A stretch of 63,878 bases of DNA, counting the filler, from Hyphochytrium catenoides (lineage: Eukaryota; Protista; Hyphochytriomycota): NCBI GenBank assembly GCA_900088475.1. It is 10 parts of 10 records of this genome, joined end to end, with 100 filler letters (N's around TTAATTAATTAA, not from the genome) between each part and the next. Parts side by side here need not be neighbours in the genome. Positions count along the whole stretch, not along the records: positions 46,414 to 51,738 come from FLMG01000899.1; positions 51,839 to 54,237 come from FLMG01003630.1; positions 54,338 to 56,285 come from FLMG01000293.1; positions 56,386 to 62,303 come from FLMG01000347.1; 6 more parts are not named here. One strand, given 5' to 3'. The notes below the pieces were generated by a model. The model did not search any database and was not told the DNA's origin. It saw only the letters and a list, made by a program, of their open reading frames with translations. Made by a program: the position numbers and the translations under genes. Positions 46,972 to 60,169 of this stretch are shown in pieces. Position 1 is the first letter of the stretch. Each line of letters starts with the position of its first letter.

Positions 46972-49900
46972 GCCTTGTTGCTACCTATCGCCCTGGTTTC
47001 TTCTTCATTCTCCTCTATCCCAGAACGTCTAACTATTGAGGCTCCTGCCTCTTGTCTGTCGGCTAGACAAGGACGAGGTTGGTAAGTATGATGATCTCTG
47101 AGAGGTGAACTTGGTTGGAGTGCAGTCCTCAAAGCCAATGCTCTGGACTCTCCTACAGCCCTTCCTATAGCTGTTCTGGGATCAATAACCCGTCTTGTTA
47201 TTCAGATGTGTTCTGGCAGCAGTGAGACTCTGACTCCTCACCTATGCCGCTTCGACAATAGCAGCCCACTAGGCTTAGTGTGAGGGAATTAGAAGGAGGA
47301 GGCTGTCTTGTAGGTTAAGACAGAGGAAGATATGGCGGCGTTCTTCCTAAGTACTCTCCTACCTCAGGACCCGGCCTTGCTGAGAAAGATGAAGAGAAAG
47401 AGGACCAGGGACTGGACATTATGGAGGCTCCATCTCGCCGTTTTTCTAAGCTGTCTATGTAAGTACTGCACCTCTAGATATCCCCTCTCTCTCTCTCTCT
47501 CTCTCTCTTAGCAATGGATCTCAGTCCAGCTCCAAATCTGCTATCTTTCTTCGTGAGATCCTCCAATCCCGGGAATAATGGTTGACTATTAATTCTCTCT
47601 CTTGTCTATGTCTCTCGCCCCGGTCAATATGTTTCTGTGGATACGTCTCCCTTCTGTGCAACAGATCTTTGTCTGTTCGTTCTGTCCACAGTGCATCCCC
47701 ATTGCTATCTCTCTTTCTTCTACTTTGCATCGCAGATCCTCTGCTTTAGCTCTAATCTTCTCTCTTCGGCCTCGTGATCCAGGGGCGTCACCGTCTCACG
47801 GACAGGTGCCAACTCCAAAACTGCCGACGCCCAGTCCTACTGCCGCTCCTACCCCTGCCCCTACTCCCACTCCTCTTTCTCTTCTTTCGTCCAACCTGAC
47901 TCTCACCGCTGGTAGCACTACTTCGTTTTCGGTCAACGGAGCGGGCTTCGTTTCCTCCATGACAGCCGAACTCTTTTCCAGCAGCGGTGTTGGCAGACTT
48001 CCAACTGTGATGGTAGGGCCCATCACCTCTGGAACCTCTGCTGTCTTAAAGCTCAACGAATCGCTTGACTCCTCCCTAGTTGGACAGGCTCTTAGTGTGC
48101 AATTAACCCGCGGTCCCTCTCGAACTCCAGTTACGGTGGTGGCGGAGCGTGTGACAGGGCCTCCTATCACCATAGAACGGAGCACGTTGGCCAAATTTCA
48201 TCTCTCTAACTCTTCCCTAGAGGTAGCAGGGACGGGGTTCTCTCGCACTAGCAGCCTGAACAACGTGACTGTCATTCTCAAGCCACTTCAAGGCTCGGCA
48301 ACGACTCTGTATCCTTCATCTGTTTCAGCAGCAAACACGACTTCTCTTACTCTTTTCTTTGGCATTCAGTCACAAACTAGGGCTTGTGCAGCCCTAGGCT
48401 CTTCCATCTTTGTGGTGGTGAGCACTGGAAGGTTGAGCTCTCTGGAGACCCAGGTAGCCGGGGCTATTCAAGGTAAGCCCAGGTAGAAAAGCGAGAATGA
48501 AGCGCTAAGTAAGGTATAGTTCGCCTAACGTAGTCGAGCAAGGAAGATAAGAGAAGAGAAAAGGAGTCAAAGAACTACTAAGGGAGAGAGAAAAATAAGA
48601 TAGGGAGAAAGAGTTACGGACAACAGGACAAAAGAGGGCAGATGACGAGCTATTGTACATGACTAAAGTATCCTTCTATTGCCACAGACAGTACAGACCT
48701 CCCACATTTATCTTCGATTTCCACACTGAGTGCTGGTGACAAGTGGATGATAGTCCAAGGCGCTTTCTTCCCTATCTCCAATCCTTTAGACCTCGCCTTC
48801 TCCGTCGCAGGGAGCAGTGGTTTGCTTCCCAGCATTGCAAGCATATCGGCCATCACCTGTAGCAGTCTGTCTCTCTCCTTTGATGCAGCATTGGACTACT
48901 CTCTGGTTGGACAGAACTTCACTCTACTAGTCAGTAGGGAGAGTCTAGGGTGGTGGCAAAGGGTTTCCATACAGAGCCCTATCATAACAGGTATGAAGGC
49001 CCAAGGCACTGAACGGCACAGGGGAAAGGACCAACTGTTAGTGCCGAGGTCGACAAGAAAGGGCATGAATGATAGGAGGTCTTAGCCAGTTTTGTACAGA
49101 AGGACGAGCCGCCAAATTTGAGAAAGAGGCTGGGAACATCTACAGGAGTGCGTGTGGTCGTTAGGAGATGAGAGACTGAAGGAAAAAAGAGAGAAGAGAA
49201 AGACAAAAGATGTGGTGTCTAAGGCGGAAGGATTAGCATTTAGGACCTGCGTATGCGACTTGACTCACGTTTCCGTTGTCCCAAATGTCATACCCTTCCT
49301 CTGTTGCCCAACCAGGTGCAGCTCCGACCATCAATATCGATACCTCGCGTGCCTACGTACAGGGCAATAACTCCATTACAATTCTAGGGGACCGCTTCTC
49401 TCGGAGCAGCTCCATGATGGACCTTATCCTCTCTTCCTCTAGTGGTCTTTTCCTTGAAGGCTTTATTTCTGCTTCTAATGCCTCAGTTATTGTCTTCCAG
49501 CTCTTCACTCCTCTTAACTATACAGTGTCGGGAGCCTTTATTAGGGGGTCTGTCACCATGAAGACCTCACTCCTCTCATCTGGGCCTGCGGTTCAGGTCT
49601 CCTCTGCTATTCGTCCTGCCAGTTTTGCCGTTGTGCCGTCTGTAGCATCTTCGACCCTAGTAGCTGGTTCGTCAGCCAATTATTCTTTCGTATTGAGAAT
49701 CTCTGCTCCTCTCCCGAGCCGAGGGCAGATTTGGCTTGACTTCCCTCAAGAGTTTCCTTCTCTTCCCGTATCCATCATGGCGTCTCTTCACTTAGAGGTC
49801 GGGGTAGTTGACCCCGTTACGTTCAGCACGTCGGGCAGAAGGCTTATGGTGACGAGGATGAGTGGGGACTCAATTACCCCAGGCCGTGAGTTAAGTTTAG

Positions 49901-51738
49901 TTGTTAGTGGTGTCCTTAACCCAACCTACGCGAGAAAGACGAGTGCCTTTCCTTACGTGGCAACCATAGCTCCTGTGTCCTTCGGAAATGTGGAAATCAA
50001 TGTTGCGAGCGACGAGCTCAATGCCCAGATGAAACCTGTCGGAGTGTTCATAATGCCTGGGATGCTCCGACTGCCCGTCCAAACGGTCCTACATGCAACC
50101 ACTGTTAACGCTTTGAACGATTTTAATGTCAGCTTCTACACGGCCAACCCATTGACTGGAGGAGGTACAATAGCCTTTGTTGTCAACCCTATCTTCAAGC
50201 TCCACTCAGCGTCAGAGGAGATAGTAAATGTACCACAGTTAGGCCTTTGCACCTATATGGTCAACCGCTCCAACAGCAGCATTACTTTGCAGCTTCCATC
50301 TCAAATGGCTGTGGCGGATCCGAACTTCCCTGTGCAGGTCATTATTCCTGACTTACTAACAAATCCAGACCACTCCGTTTCAGCAAGGCTGGTTGAAGCC
50401 ATGACTACCGCAGATGCTGACGGCAACATTATTGACCAGTTGGACGCCAACTACGGGAGCGCAGCCCTTCCACAGCCTGTCATTATCAACCCGGGACGTT
50501 TCTCATCTCCTTTTGTCTCTGTAACGAAGACCACAGCTGGAGCCCTCGCAAATCTGACTCTCTCTTTCGTTCTGTTAGACCCTTTGCCCAGTAACGGCTC
50601 CATCGTCTTGCAACTCCCCGCCAACTTTAGCTTCGCAACCACGCAATTGACCGCTTCGGAACTTAGGGGCATCGAAGACCCTGTCAATCTAGTCGTGTCA
50701 AACTCTTCCTCCGTTCTTACTGTGGAGCTCAGCGGAAATGGATCAGCGATCCGAGCAAGCACCGAGGTGAGCCTGCAGATCACGGCCCCATCAGGATCTG
50801 TAAAGCTTATAGGGCGTTCCCAGGCTAGTCCCACGCTCACCTTGTTAAGAACATTAACCAATGCTGGTGCGGTAATCAGTGAGGCAAGCTCCAGTCGTCA
50901 TCCAAGCGACCGCCCTAACTTCACGGATGTCCATCCGGCCACATTTTCTCGCCTTCCAACCATCTCGACGAACACTTCGGAGGCTGGTGCCCCTGTCCGT
51001 TTCACTTTCTCCTTCCAGACAGCCAATTCGCTTTCTGTCGGCGATGGCTTGGTAATTGGCTTTCCTAGTGAAGTATTGGTGTTGGACGCTATTGGCATTT
51101 ACTCCCTTCTACGGAACGATGTCGCCCTGTCGTTATCGGGCTTCGCCGCAATCAAGAGAACTAGTAGCAGCAGCGAAGTCCAGATATCTATCCTCGGCAG
51201 CGCTGGCGCCTTGCCAGCTAATTCCAACGTCGTTCTCACTCTGCAAGGGTTTACAAACCCCAACCTGGCTATGACTACTTCAGCCTTCTCTACCTTCTAC
51301 ACCTACTACTCCTCTAACCTCGTCAAAGTAGATGACTGCTTTGATGCGCTTCCGTCGGGCTTAATTATCAGTCCTGGCGCATTTTTGTCGTTCTTGCTGG
51401 CCCCTATGTATGGAATGGTCGATGCTGTGGGGCCATTAAGGCTGAGTTTCACGTCAAACAATCCGTTCCCTTCTGGTGCAACTTTGCAGTTGACTCTCCC
51501 TCTCTCGTTTACGGTTCTGAACTCTGCCTTGGAGGTAAAAAACGTTTCTGCACAGCTATTAGCAGGAACGATGGCCGTATCCCTAACTAATGATCGCACT
51601 ATTAGCTTAATGTGGACATCAAACTCTGGAGTGGGCATACCGAAGAGGATACCGCTGACAATGATTATCACTTGCCAGACCAGAAAATGCTTTAAGAACG
51701 CTGCCACAAGTGGCAGTCATTCATTGGAACTGGTCCAA
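46972..51738 (+). CDS. Large secreted/surface Ser/Thr-rich protein with tandem Ig-like repeats (partial at both ends)
   Basis: In-phase exons ~46972-47081, 47172-47221, 47511-47551, 47783-48472, ~48690-48991 and 49316-51738. PTPAPT linker; four ~100-aa IPT/TIG-like units (VNGAGF, VAGTGF, VQGAFF, ILGDRF); five ~145-aa units with an AG..A....SF....PLP..G.I....P..F motif. Confidence 0.8.
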
Positions 51739-52024
51739 NNNNNNNNNNNNNNNNNNNNNNNNNNNNNNNNNNNNNNNNNNNNTTAATTAATTAANNNNNN
51801 NNNNNNNNNNNNNNNNNNNNNNNNNNNNNNNNNNNNNNAGAGGAAGAAGTTAGAGAAACGAGAGCTTCTTCCCTTTCTCCCTTCTTTCCCTTCTTTCTTA
51901 GTGCTCAGATTCTCTCTCCCGCAACTCCTTTTCGTTCCCTTTCTCTCTCTCTCTCGATGCTGGCTCTTTATCATTTTGAGGGTGCTCATGCATCTCTTCT
52001 GGCGCGGTTACTTGGCGTCCACAG

Positions 52025-54237
52025 GTCGATTTTGTGAAAGATTATTGGAACCATGTCTTCATGCCCTTCGTCGAAGGATACAGAGAGGTGAGGTCAAGTG
52101 TGGGAGAGAAGGAGGATGAGACAAGGAGAAAGACCGGGAGAGAGAGAGACAAGTGATCGAAGCATAGGTACATAGATCAGAGAAAGACGAGAGAGAGAGG
52201 AGACAGAGAGGGAGACAGAGAAATAGAGGGAGAGACAAGAGACAGACGGACAAAGCGGAAGGAGAGGTAGAAAGAGGGAGAGAGAGAGAGAGACAGCCCC
52301 AAGCACGTTTCAATGACTAGAAGCATGCCGTCACGAGCACTGGCGGGAGAGAAACAGCCTAGAAGGAGACGGAAGATGAGAAATAGTAGAAATAGAGAGG
52401 AACCACGCCACTAGCAAAAAGTATGACTCTCTTCTTCCTCGTCGCCTCTCTTTCCTCTTCAGGGCCTCACGCCCAACCCTGACATCGCCTGCAACCGTGA
52501 GATCAAGTTCAAGCGGTTCTTTGAGTACGCGCTCTCAAACTTTCAGGCTGACTTCGTAGCTACTGGTCACTACGCACAGTTAAGAGAGAGAGGAAAGACT
52601 AGAAGGGAAAGAGAGGGAGAGAGCACAGGAGAAGAAAGTGATGGAGAAGAAGAGGCCGATATGGAACTCTGTTGCGCGGTGGATGAGACGAAGGACCAAA
52701 GCTACTTTCTGGCCGATATTTCTTCCTCTTCTCTTCGAAGGGTGCTGTTCCCAATAGGAGGACTAAAGAAAACGGAGGTAAAAGAGAAATGGACTGATGG
52801 CAGAGAGCTCGGGCACACTGTTCTCTTGCCTCTCCTTTCTATACTTTCTTCTCCTGGTGGGGGCCGAGTCCTGTTGAGGTCTCTTCCTTGTCCATCGCGC
52901 CCCGCTAAGGTTTCTCATCCAAGGTTACCTCTATCCTTCTTCTCCCACTTGGTACCGCTTTTTCAGGTGAGGAGAATAGCAGCGGAAGCTGGTCTTCCCT
53001 CTGCGACGAAGAGAGACAGCGTTGGGATTTGCTTCATTGGGAAGAGGAAGTTCAAGGATTTCCTAGGAAAGTACTTGGAAATGCAGCCCGGAGAGTTCCA
53101 GTCTGTCGAAGGGAAAGTAGTGGGGAAGCATGAAGGCAGTGAGGCTTACACGATCGGACAGGGTAAGGGAGGAGATTGGAGAAAGGAGCACCTGATGCCC
53201 CTTCGCCTCTTAAACGCCTATCGACGCTGTCTTCCCCGTCCTCTCCGCCCTCGCCTTGTTCTCACTTCTTTATCTATTTTAGCTCTTCTGCCTCTTTCCT
53301 GTGTCCAGATATGCTTGCTCCCTTCGCACAATTGATCTCCACTTCATTTGGACGCTTTCTCGTAGCTAAAGACTTCTCACGTGTGTCTCTTGGAAACACC
53401 AGAATCTACAAAGCGTGCCGCAGACCATAGTTTCCTGAAGTGCTCTTTCATCTATCATCTTCCTTTAATTGCATCTTCCTGTCTGCCGCTAGCCGCTCCT
53501 CGTTCTAATGTCAGTTGCAACCCATCTGTCACCCTCCTCGGCTCGCACAGGTGCGAAGATATCTGGCCAGATCGTGAAATGGTTCGTGGCAGACAAGAAC
53601 CCCTACACCAACACCGTTATCGTCGCACCAGGTAACACGGAAAGAGAGGGCTAAACATTATGAAGCAGAGGAGAAGACCGTAAAGATAAAGAGAAGGGGA
53701 GAATGGCCAGTGTCAGGGTTACGATAATAGGACTATAGCGGAAAGATAATCAGCTTCAGCGTTGTCTGTTAACTGACATGTGTTGCTATCTTATAGGAAG
53801 CAATCATGCCATCCTCCTCTACAATTACGCTTTTATTAGCTTGAAGGCTGTTAACTGGGTAAGCGGAAGGCCAATGCTCCCCAGAGAAGGAGAACGACTC
53901 AGGTTCGTCGCGTCAGAGACTATCGTTCCTAACGAACTCTCCGGAACGTTTTCAAAGATTGAAAGGACCTACCTTTCCCTTTCTCACCCCTTCTACTTCC
54001 TCCATTGTCCCCTGCTGCTGATGCTTAGTCTGCGACCCATTCTGTGTCTCTTGCTCAACAATTTGCTAGCTCTGTCTGCCCATTCTCTAGGATGACCTTC
54101 TACCTGTTCCTAACAGACTCCATCACCGTTGCTCCCTATCGCTGCCCACTGCGCTCTAGGCTGCAAACGAAGATTCGATATCGCTCGTCAAAAGTAGACT
54201 GCGACGTTACGATTGAGAGCATTCAAGATCCTAAGAC
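52025..54237 (+). CDS. mnmA: tRNA-specific 2-thiouridylase MnmA/TRMU (organellar), internal exons
   Basis: VDFVKDYWNHVF; GLTPNPDIACNREIKF; ATGHYA; KDQSYFL; LFPIGGLKKTE|VRRIA; KRDSVGICFIGKR; H.G...YTIGQ; KIRYR. Six exons, truncated by spacers. Confidence 0.96.
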
Positions 54238-54582
54238 NNNNNNNNNNNNNNNNNNNNNNNNNNNNNNNNNNNNNNNNNNNNTTAATTAATTAANNNNNNN
54301 NNNNNNNNNNNNNNNNNNNNNNNNNNNNNNNNNNNNNACCGCTTCAGGAAGTCAAGATGTTAGGCATTGAGATTAAGTAGAATAGCAGCCTCTGGCATAC
54401 CACTATTGGCTTCCTTCATGTTCTAACTCAACCCTATCGCTATGTAAGCTATCGAGCTACAACAGGCGGGAGTGTACGGAGAGATGAAGGCGGATGCAAC
54501 GTGTATCATTAGAGTCATAGGCGGTGTGAGGAAGTGCAGAGATTGAAGGTCCAAGGTCACCGCAGTGCAAGCAGTGATAGGC

Positions 54583-54689
54583 CTTGTTTAACAGCCGCCT
54601 AGTTGACCCGCCCATGTCTTCAACCAAGACGGCAGCTTGTTTAACAGCAGCCTAGTTGACCCGCCCATGTCTTCAACCAAGCAGGCAGC
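54583..54689. repeat. Near-perfect tandem duplication, 2 x 53 nt
   Basis: cttgtttaacagc(c/a)gcctagttgacccgcccatgtcttcaaccaag(ac/ca)ggcag occurs twice. Confidence 0.9.
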
Positions 54690-57150
54690 TTTCTCCATTA
54701 CCATCCATCTCCGCAGCAATCGTTGTGGGTCTGGGAAAATCAGAAAGTGACCCCTTCAATTCCAATGGCACGATCTTCATTATGATCTTCGAAGAGCTTC
54801 ATTATCGCGCTAATTTTTCTAAATTTTTTCCACCAGGCGACGGTAGAAAGGATATGCAGGGGCGCCAAATCAATTGGGGAAGGCGCATTCTCGTCTCTAT
54901 AGAGGGGAATTATACGGTGAAAAAAAGGGCCCGACACGACGACGTCACCTTTGGTAACCCTAAACCTACGTAGAGCAGTCACTACTTGTTGTCTTGGTGG
55001 CGGTTGCTGCTACAAACACTAATAAAGACAATGATGATGGCGCCGCTAGTAGTCATTCACTCTTATATAAAGCTTTTTCTTCTTGAATCTCTTGCGTGCC
55101 CAACCTGGCTGCGCTTTTGTTGGTGTTGGATACTCATAGGCGGTGCAAAGACGAGTAGTGCCCCATTGTCTTACTTTTGATGTGCGTTGAATGAGGTCGT
55201 TGAGGTAACTTCTTTCAGCTACTACACTGTTGTGACTCCCCACGATCACCGCGTTATCTCTTCAACAAGTTGATAATGAGATATGTTCAGTACATGGCTG
55301 TTTTGTAAACAAGAGGCATCTGCAGACCAATGACTAGCTAAATGAGGCTTCAAGAAGGATGTTGGACCACCCACAAAGAAGATAGAAGAAGTGAAGTAGA
55401 AGGAGGAGGTGTTGATATTAGGGGACGACGGATCGGAGCTGAAGAGGAGGAGGAAGAGGAAGCAAGAGAAGAGAAGGTCGTCTGGCTGAGACGACAACAA
55501 ACAGCTGCCAATTCAACAACACAGTTCCGTATGAACAAGTAGTAAAGAAGAAGAGTCGTTCTTCTCGCTTTGATAAATTCAACTTCTTCAGCCAGAGCTC
55601 TCCTCCTGTTAAGTTTGGCTCCTGCGCGAGATCTCATGACGTGGATTGCACTTTCGTTGAAGAAAGAGGAAGGATGGCAGTAGACGTGCTAACGGCTTCT
55701 CCACAGCTTCTAATCTCCCCGTGGGAACGGCTTGCGGTCCATGTTGTGTCCAGCTCTTTGATGAAGTCGACGTCGTCACTTTTGGTATATCACGATGGAC
55801 GTATTATTATATGATGAACCCTAATACGTGCTCTTTTGGTCCACGTTAGGCCATCCTCCTAGGATGACCACGTCGGCAAAAACAAGCAGGAGCTCATCTT
55901 ACCCTCCATCATGATGATATACCAAGGAAAGGAAGATGAGCAATGAGGTATGGAGCGAAGAGAGGGAGAACTCTATTGAACTGTCTGATGCTGTCGAATG
56001 AAGGGCGACCTAGTTAAGGACGATAGAGCTCTTTGTTATTGTTGAAGATGTAAAGTACAGATTTGTTGGTAGTTGCGGATAGAAGCGTGCCACTCGATCT
56101 TTAACCCCTAACAACTCTGACATTGACGCTCTACTAGGAACAAGCTCACCATCGCTTGGTGGTGTTATGTTGCTGTCCATTAAACTCAGTCGACGACGAC
56201 AAGTTATTAGTAGCAGGCCAGGGATATCAGCGAGGCGACCTGGATACCAACTTGGTGTTGGCCTTGGTTTGATGATACTCGGTTCNNNNNNNNNNNNNNN
56301 NNNNNNNNNNNNNNNNNNNNNNNNNNNNNTTAATTAATTAANNNNNNNNNNNNNNNNNNNNNNNNNNNNNNNNNNNNNNNNNNNNTGCTCCTTGATCCTT
56401 ATCGTCGCTTCTATCACAATGTGAAGAGAGCAGAAGAGGAGAGAGTAAGAAGAGAGAGAATCGAAGAAGGGAAGAAGAACGTAGGTGCAGCAGCTGCTGC
56501 AGCAGCAGCCAAGAAAGGGAAGAAGAAGACACCAGTCACTGCCAGGATCAGGGTGAAGCCCTCAAGAAGTTGATCTCCGTGGCTTTGCCGGCACTTTCGG
56601 CCTTTGTACCAAGAGGAAGATAGCACACAGAGCTCAACAATGATAAAGAAAAGGAGAAGAGACACTTCTTCCTCCTTCTTCTCCTGATCAACAAGGAAAC
56701 ACGCTGTTTGTCCGCGCTCCTCGCTTAGGGCGCGGCGTCGGCGGGACAGTTCTGCCCATCAACAGGAATCTTCTTCTGCATCGTTCATCCACTAGCAGCA
56801 GCAGCAGCAGCAGTAGTAGAAGAAGAAGAAACCTCCGCCTGTGTGATGATGATGATGAAGAGGCCGAACATCTGAGGAAAGCCGTTTACTGATTAGCTTT
56901 GTAAGACAAACAGTTGCTTTCCTTCCTTCTTCTTTCATTCTCTCTCTCTCTCTCTCATTCTCTCTCTCTCTCTCTCTCTCTNNNNNNNNNNNNNNNNNNN
57001 NNNNNNNNNNNNNNNNNNNNNNNNCTCTCTCTCTCTCTTTCTCTCTCTCTCTGTTCCTGTCCCTCTGCGCCCGTGCTAGACCTACTGACCTCGCAACATC
57101 TTTGGAGAGGAGAGAAAGAGAGCTCTGACATCTCTACTATACTTAGCGTG

Positions 57151-57181
<31 letters not shown>

Positions 57182-57844
57182 GAGCTAGAGATAGACAAAG
57201 CGGGCTTGGTGCTACTCGTGCTGTGCTTCTCGATCATCTTTCTCTCTTTCTTGTTGCTTCCGCCATCATCACCAGTCTGATGGAAGAGTCTCTCTCTCTC
57301 ACTTCCAAAGCTTGGCTTGCTCTATAGCGCGTCCGCTCTTCTCTTCTTCTTCTCTCTCCTCTCTCCTTCTCTCTCTCTCTCTCACTCTCTCTCTCTCTCT
57401 CTCTCTCCCCTTTCTCTTTCTCTCGGATGGTCTAGCTATCATCCCATTGGCACTAGCCCCAAACAGAGAAGGTGAAGGTCCAAGAGCTGTCGTCAGTCCT
57501 GAAACAATGCTGCGCGCCTTTCTTCTCCTCGCTCTTTCTCCCGCGCCATTTCTCTCCTTTTCTCAAGCTCCTTCATTTAGCCAAGACGAAGGAGGAATAA
57601 AGAGGGAGAGAAAGAAGACGAAAGGGAAGAAGAAACGGAAGAAGAGAGGAAGACTCTTCCCTTTTATCACGAGGTTGTGTCTCCTTGTTGTCTCTTTCTT
57701 CGGCAGCGTAAGAAAAGAGATGGTCTTCCTCCTGTGAGATGAGGACGGAGGAAGAAGAGAGGACGAGGGAAGTCAAGCGTGGACATGATGAGGCGGCAAG
57801 GAAGCAGCAGCATCGAAGAGAGAGAAGAGAAAGGGAAGATGGAG

Positions 57845-57911
<67 letters not shown>

Positions 57912-58068
57912 AGAGACGAAGACAGGTATTGCTTGTGCGTTGTACCTGTACCCTGGCTGTTCGTGCGTGGTCTCACACTCCAGAGGGTAACTCCTCCGCA
58001 GGACCGTTACAGAGAGAAGGGGGAGAGAGGCGGAACGGGGAGAATGAGAACACAGTTAGAGGGCTGGG

Positions 58069-58106
<38 letters not shown>

Positions 58107-59421
58107 AAGAGAGAGGGGAGAGAGAAGACTGAGAGAAAAGAAGAGAGAGAAGACAGACGGACAGCGCCACAGGCAGAATAGGAACAGAAGATGCATGAAG
58201 AGAAAGACAGAGGACGAGAGAGAAAGGGAAGCGTAAGTGTGAAGGAAGAATCAAAGAGGAAGATGGTGGTCGACACGACAGGAAAACGGGAGAGAGAGGG
58301 ATGCACAGAGAGCCAGGGTGGGGGGAGTGAGAAAGAGAGAAGGAGAGAAGAGGGAAAGAGAGAAAGAGAGAAGAGAGACAGGGGGCTTAGAGAGAGGGTA
58401 CGAACAAGAGCTCTTTCGTAGCAGCAGAAAAGAGGGAAAAGCTGTTTTATATTTATAAAGGAGGCCCTCTGGGCCTGGGCTTGGACGCAAGAAGAGAGAG
58501 AGAAGAGAAGAACAGCAAGAGGGGAGAGAGAGAGAAAACAGAAAGAGAGAAAGGGTGAGAGAGAAATGCGCTTATCAGAAGGGGTTGTCAGACGTCCCCC
58601 GAAGAGCAAGAGAGGTATTGCCAGGACCTTCCAAGAGAGCTGCCCATTGCAGAGTTATTTCTATCTGCAGATCTCTTCCTCTTTGCCGATAGCAGCGCCC
58701 CCCGCTGACAGGCATAATAGAGCAAAAGCAAGAGAGAGAGAGAGAGACAGAGAGAGAGAGAGACAGAGAGAGGGGCGAGACAGACAGAGAGAATCTGGAT
58801 AGGGACGAGGCAATGAAGAGGAGCAGAACGACTGACTTTTCTGTTTCAAATAGTAGGTCCTAGCGGCACGCGAAGACGCAAAGAAAGCTTTCATTCTCTT
58901 CTTCCCCCTTCTTCTCCCGATATCTTTTCTCTCTTTCTCCTCTCCTTTGCAATTAGCTGTCCCTCCACCCGCTGTCTCAACCGTTGAACACGACTGGCGC
59001 GAGGAGCAGAAGAATTTCTCCTCTTGACCTCTCGGCCTGGGCTCGAAACACCACGAGAAGAGACCTTCTAGAAGAAACCAAAAGAAGAGAGAGACCGAGA
59101 AAGAGAGAACCGAGTGTCTTCTTCTGATCAGGAGATGCTGCGGTCTGCCCAGCGTTACAGTCCTAGAGGCAGGATGGCTCAAGAGGAAAGAGGATCGGAC
59201 AGTTGTCTCTAGCCTGTTGCTAGCGCTCAACCAGGAGGAAAAGAAGGCGCTATTATACTCTTCCGGCCTCAAGCTCATCCTTTCTCTCTTTCTCTCTCTT
59301 TCCTGTCACCCAACCCACGCCTTCGCTCTCTTCGCTCCAAGACCATCGTGAAGCTGGTCCTCTTTCCCTACATATCTCTCTCTTTCTCTCCTAATAAGCA
59401 GAGCTTGAGGATCAAGTCAGG

Positions 59422-60136
59422 ATGCTAATGGATGACTGCACAGCTTGGCTGGAAGGAGAGGACGAAGAGAATGGCTCTTTCTCTTCTTCTTCCTCTTGCA
59501 GCGGGAACAGCAGCAGCAGTAGCGGCTTTCCAGAGGAAGAGACAGAGGAAGAAGACTCCTTCTATACCGTGACATTCTACCTAGACCACAGTCTCATGCT
59601 TCTCTCTCTCCTCTCGACACTGATCAACTGTTTCTTCCTCTTGACAAGGAGAAAGAAGTATCCTCTCTACGCCATCAACATTCCCTTTGCAATCCTCAGG
59701 GAGCTAGGAACCTTCTTCGCTGTCTTCGGAGGGTTGATCCCTGACTCTCTCTCTTGTTTGTCAGGCACTCTCACGTGGGAGTCAGACAATTTTCCCTTTC
59801 TTACCCTGCTGATCTATGAGGAGTTCCAGCTTTATCTGAAGTTTAGACAGCACCAGCAGATGTTGCTTCTCCGTCGAAGGAGAGGCTTGAGACACTTTAG
59901 GCTGCTCACTTCTTACACGTTTGGCATCTTTGTCATCGCGTTGAGCGGGCTTATCTTCAACACTGTCACGCTGGACAGACTCGTGAGGATCACGCCAGAG
60001 ACGGCGATGAGTCTCACTAATNNNNNNNNNNNNNNNNNNNNNNNNNNNNNNNNNNNNNNNNNNNNNNNNNNGCGCATGTTGTTTACAGTCCGCTCTTACT
60101 CTTCTGCCTCTTCTCTCTTTCTCTCTCCCTCTCTCC

Positions 60137-60169
<33 letters not shown>

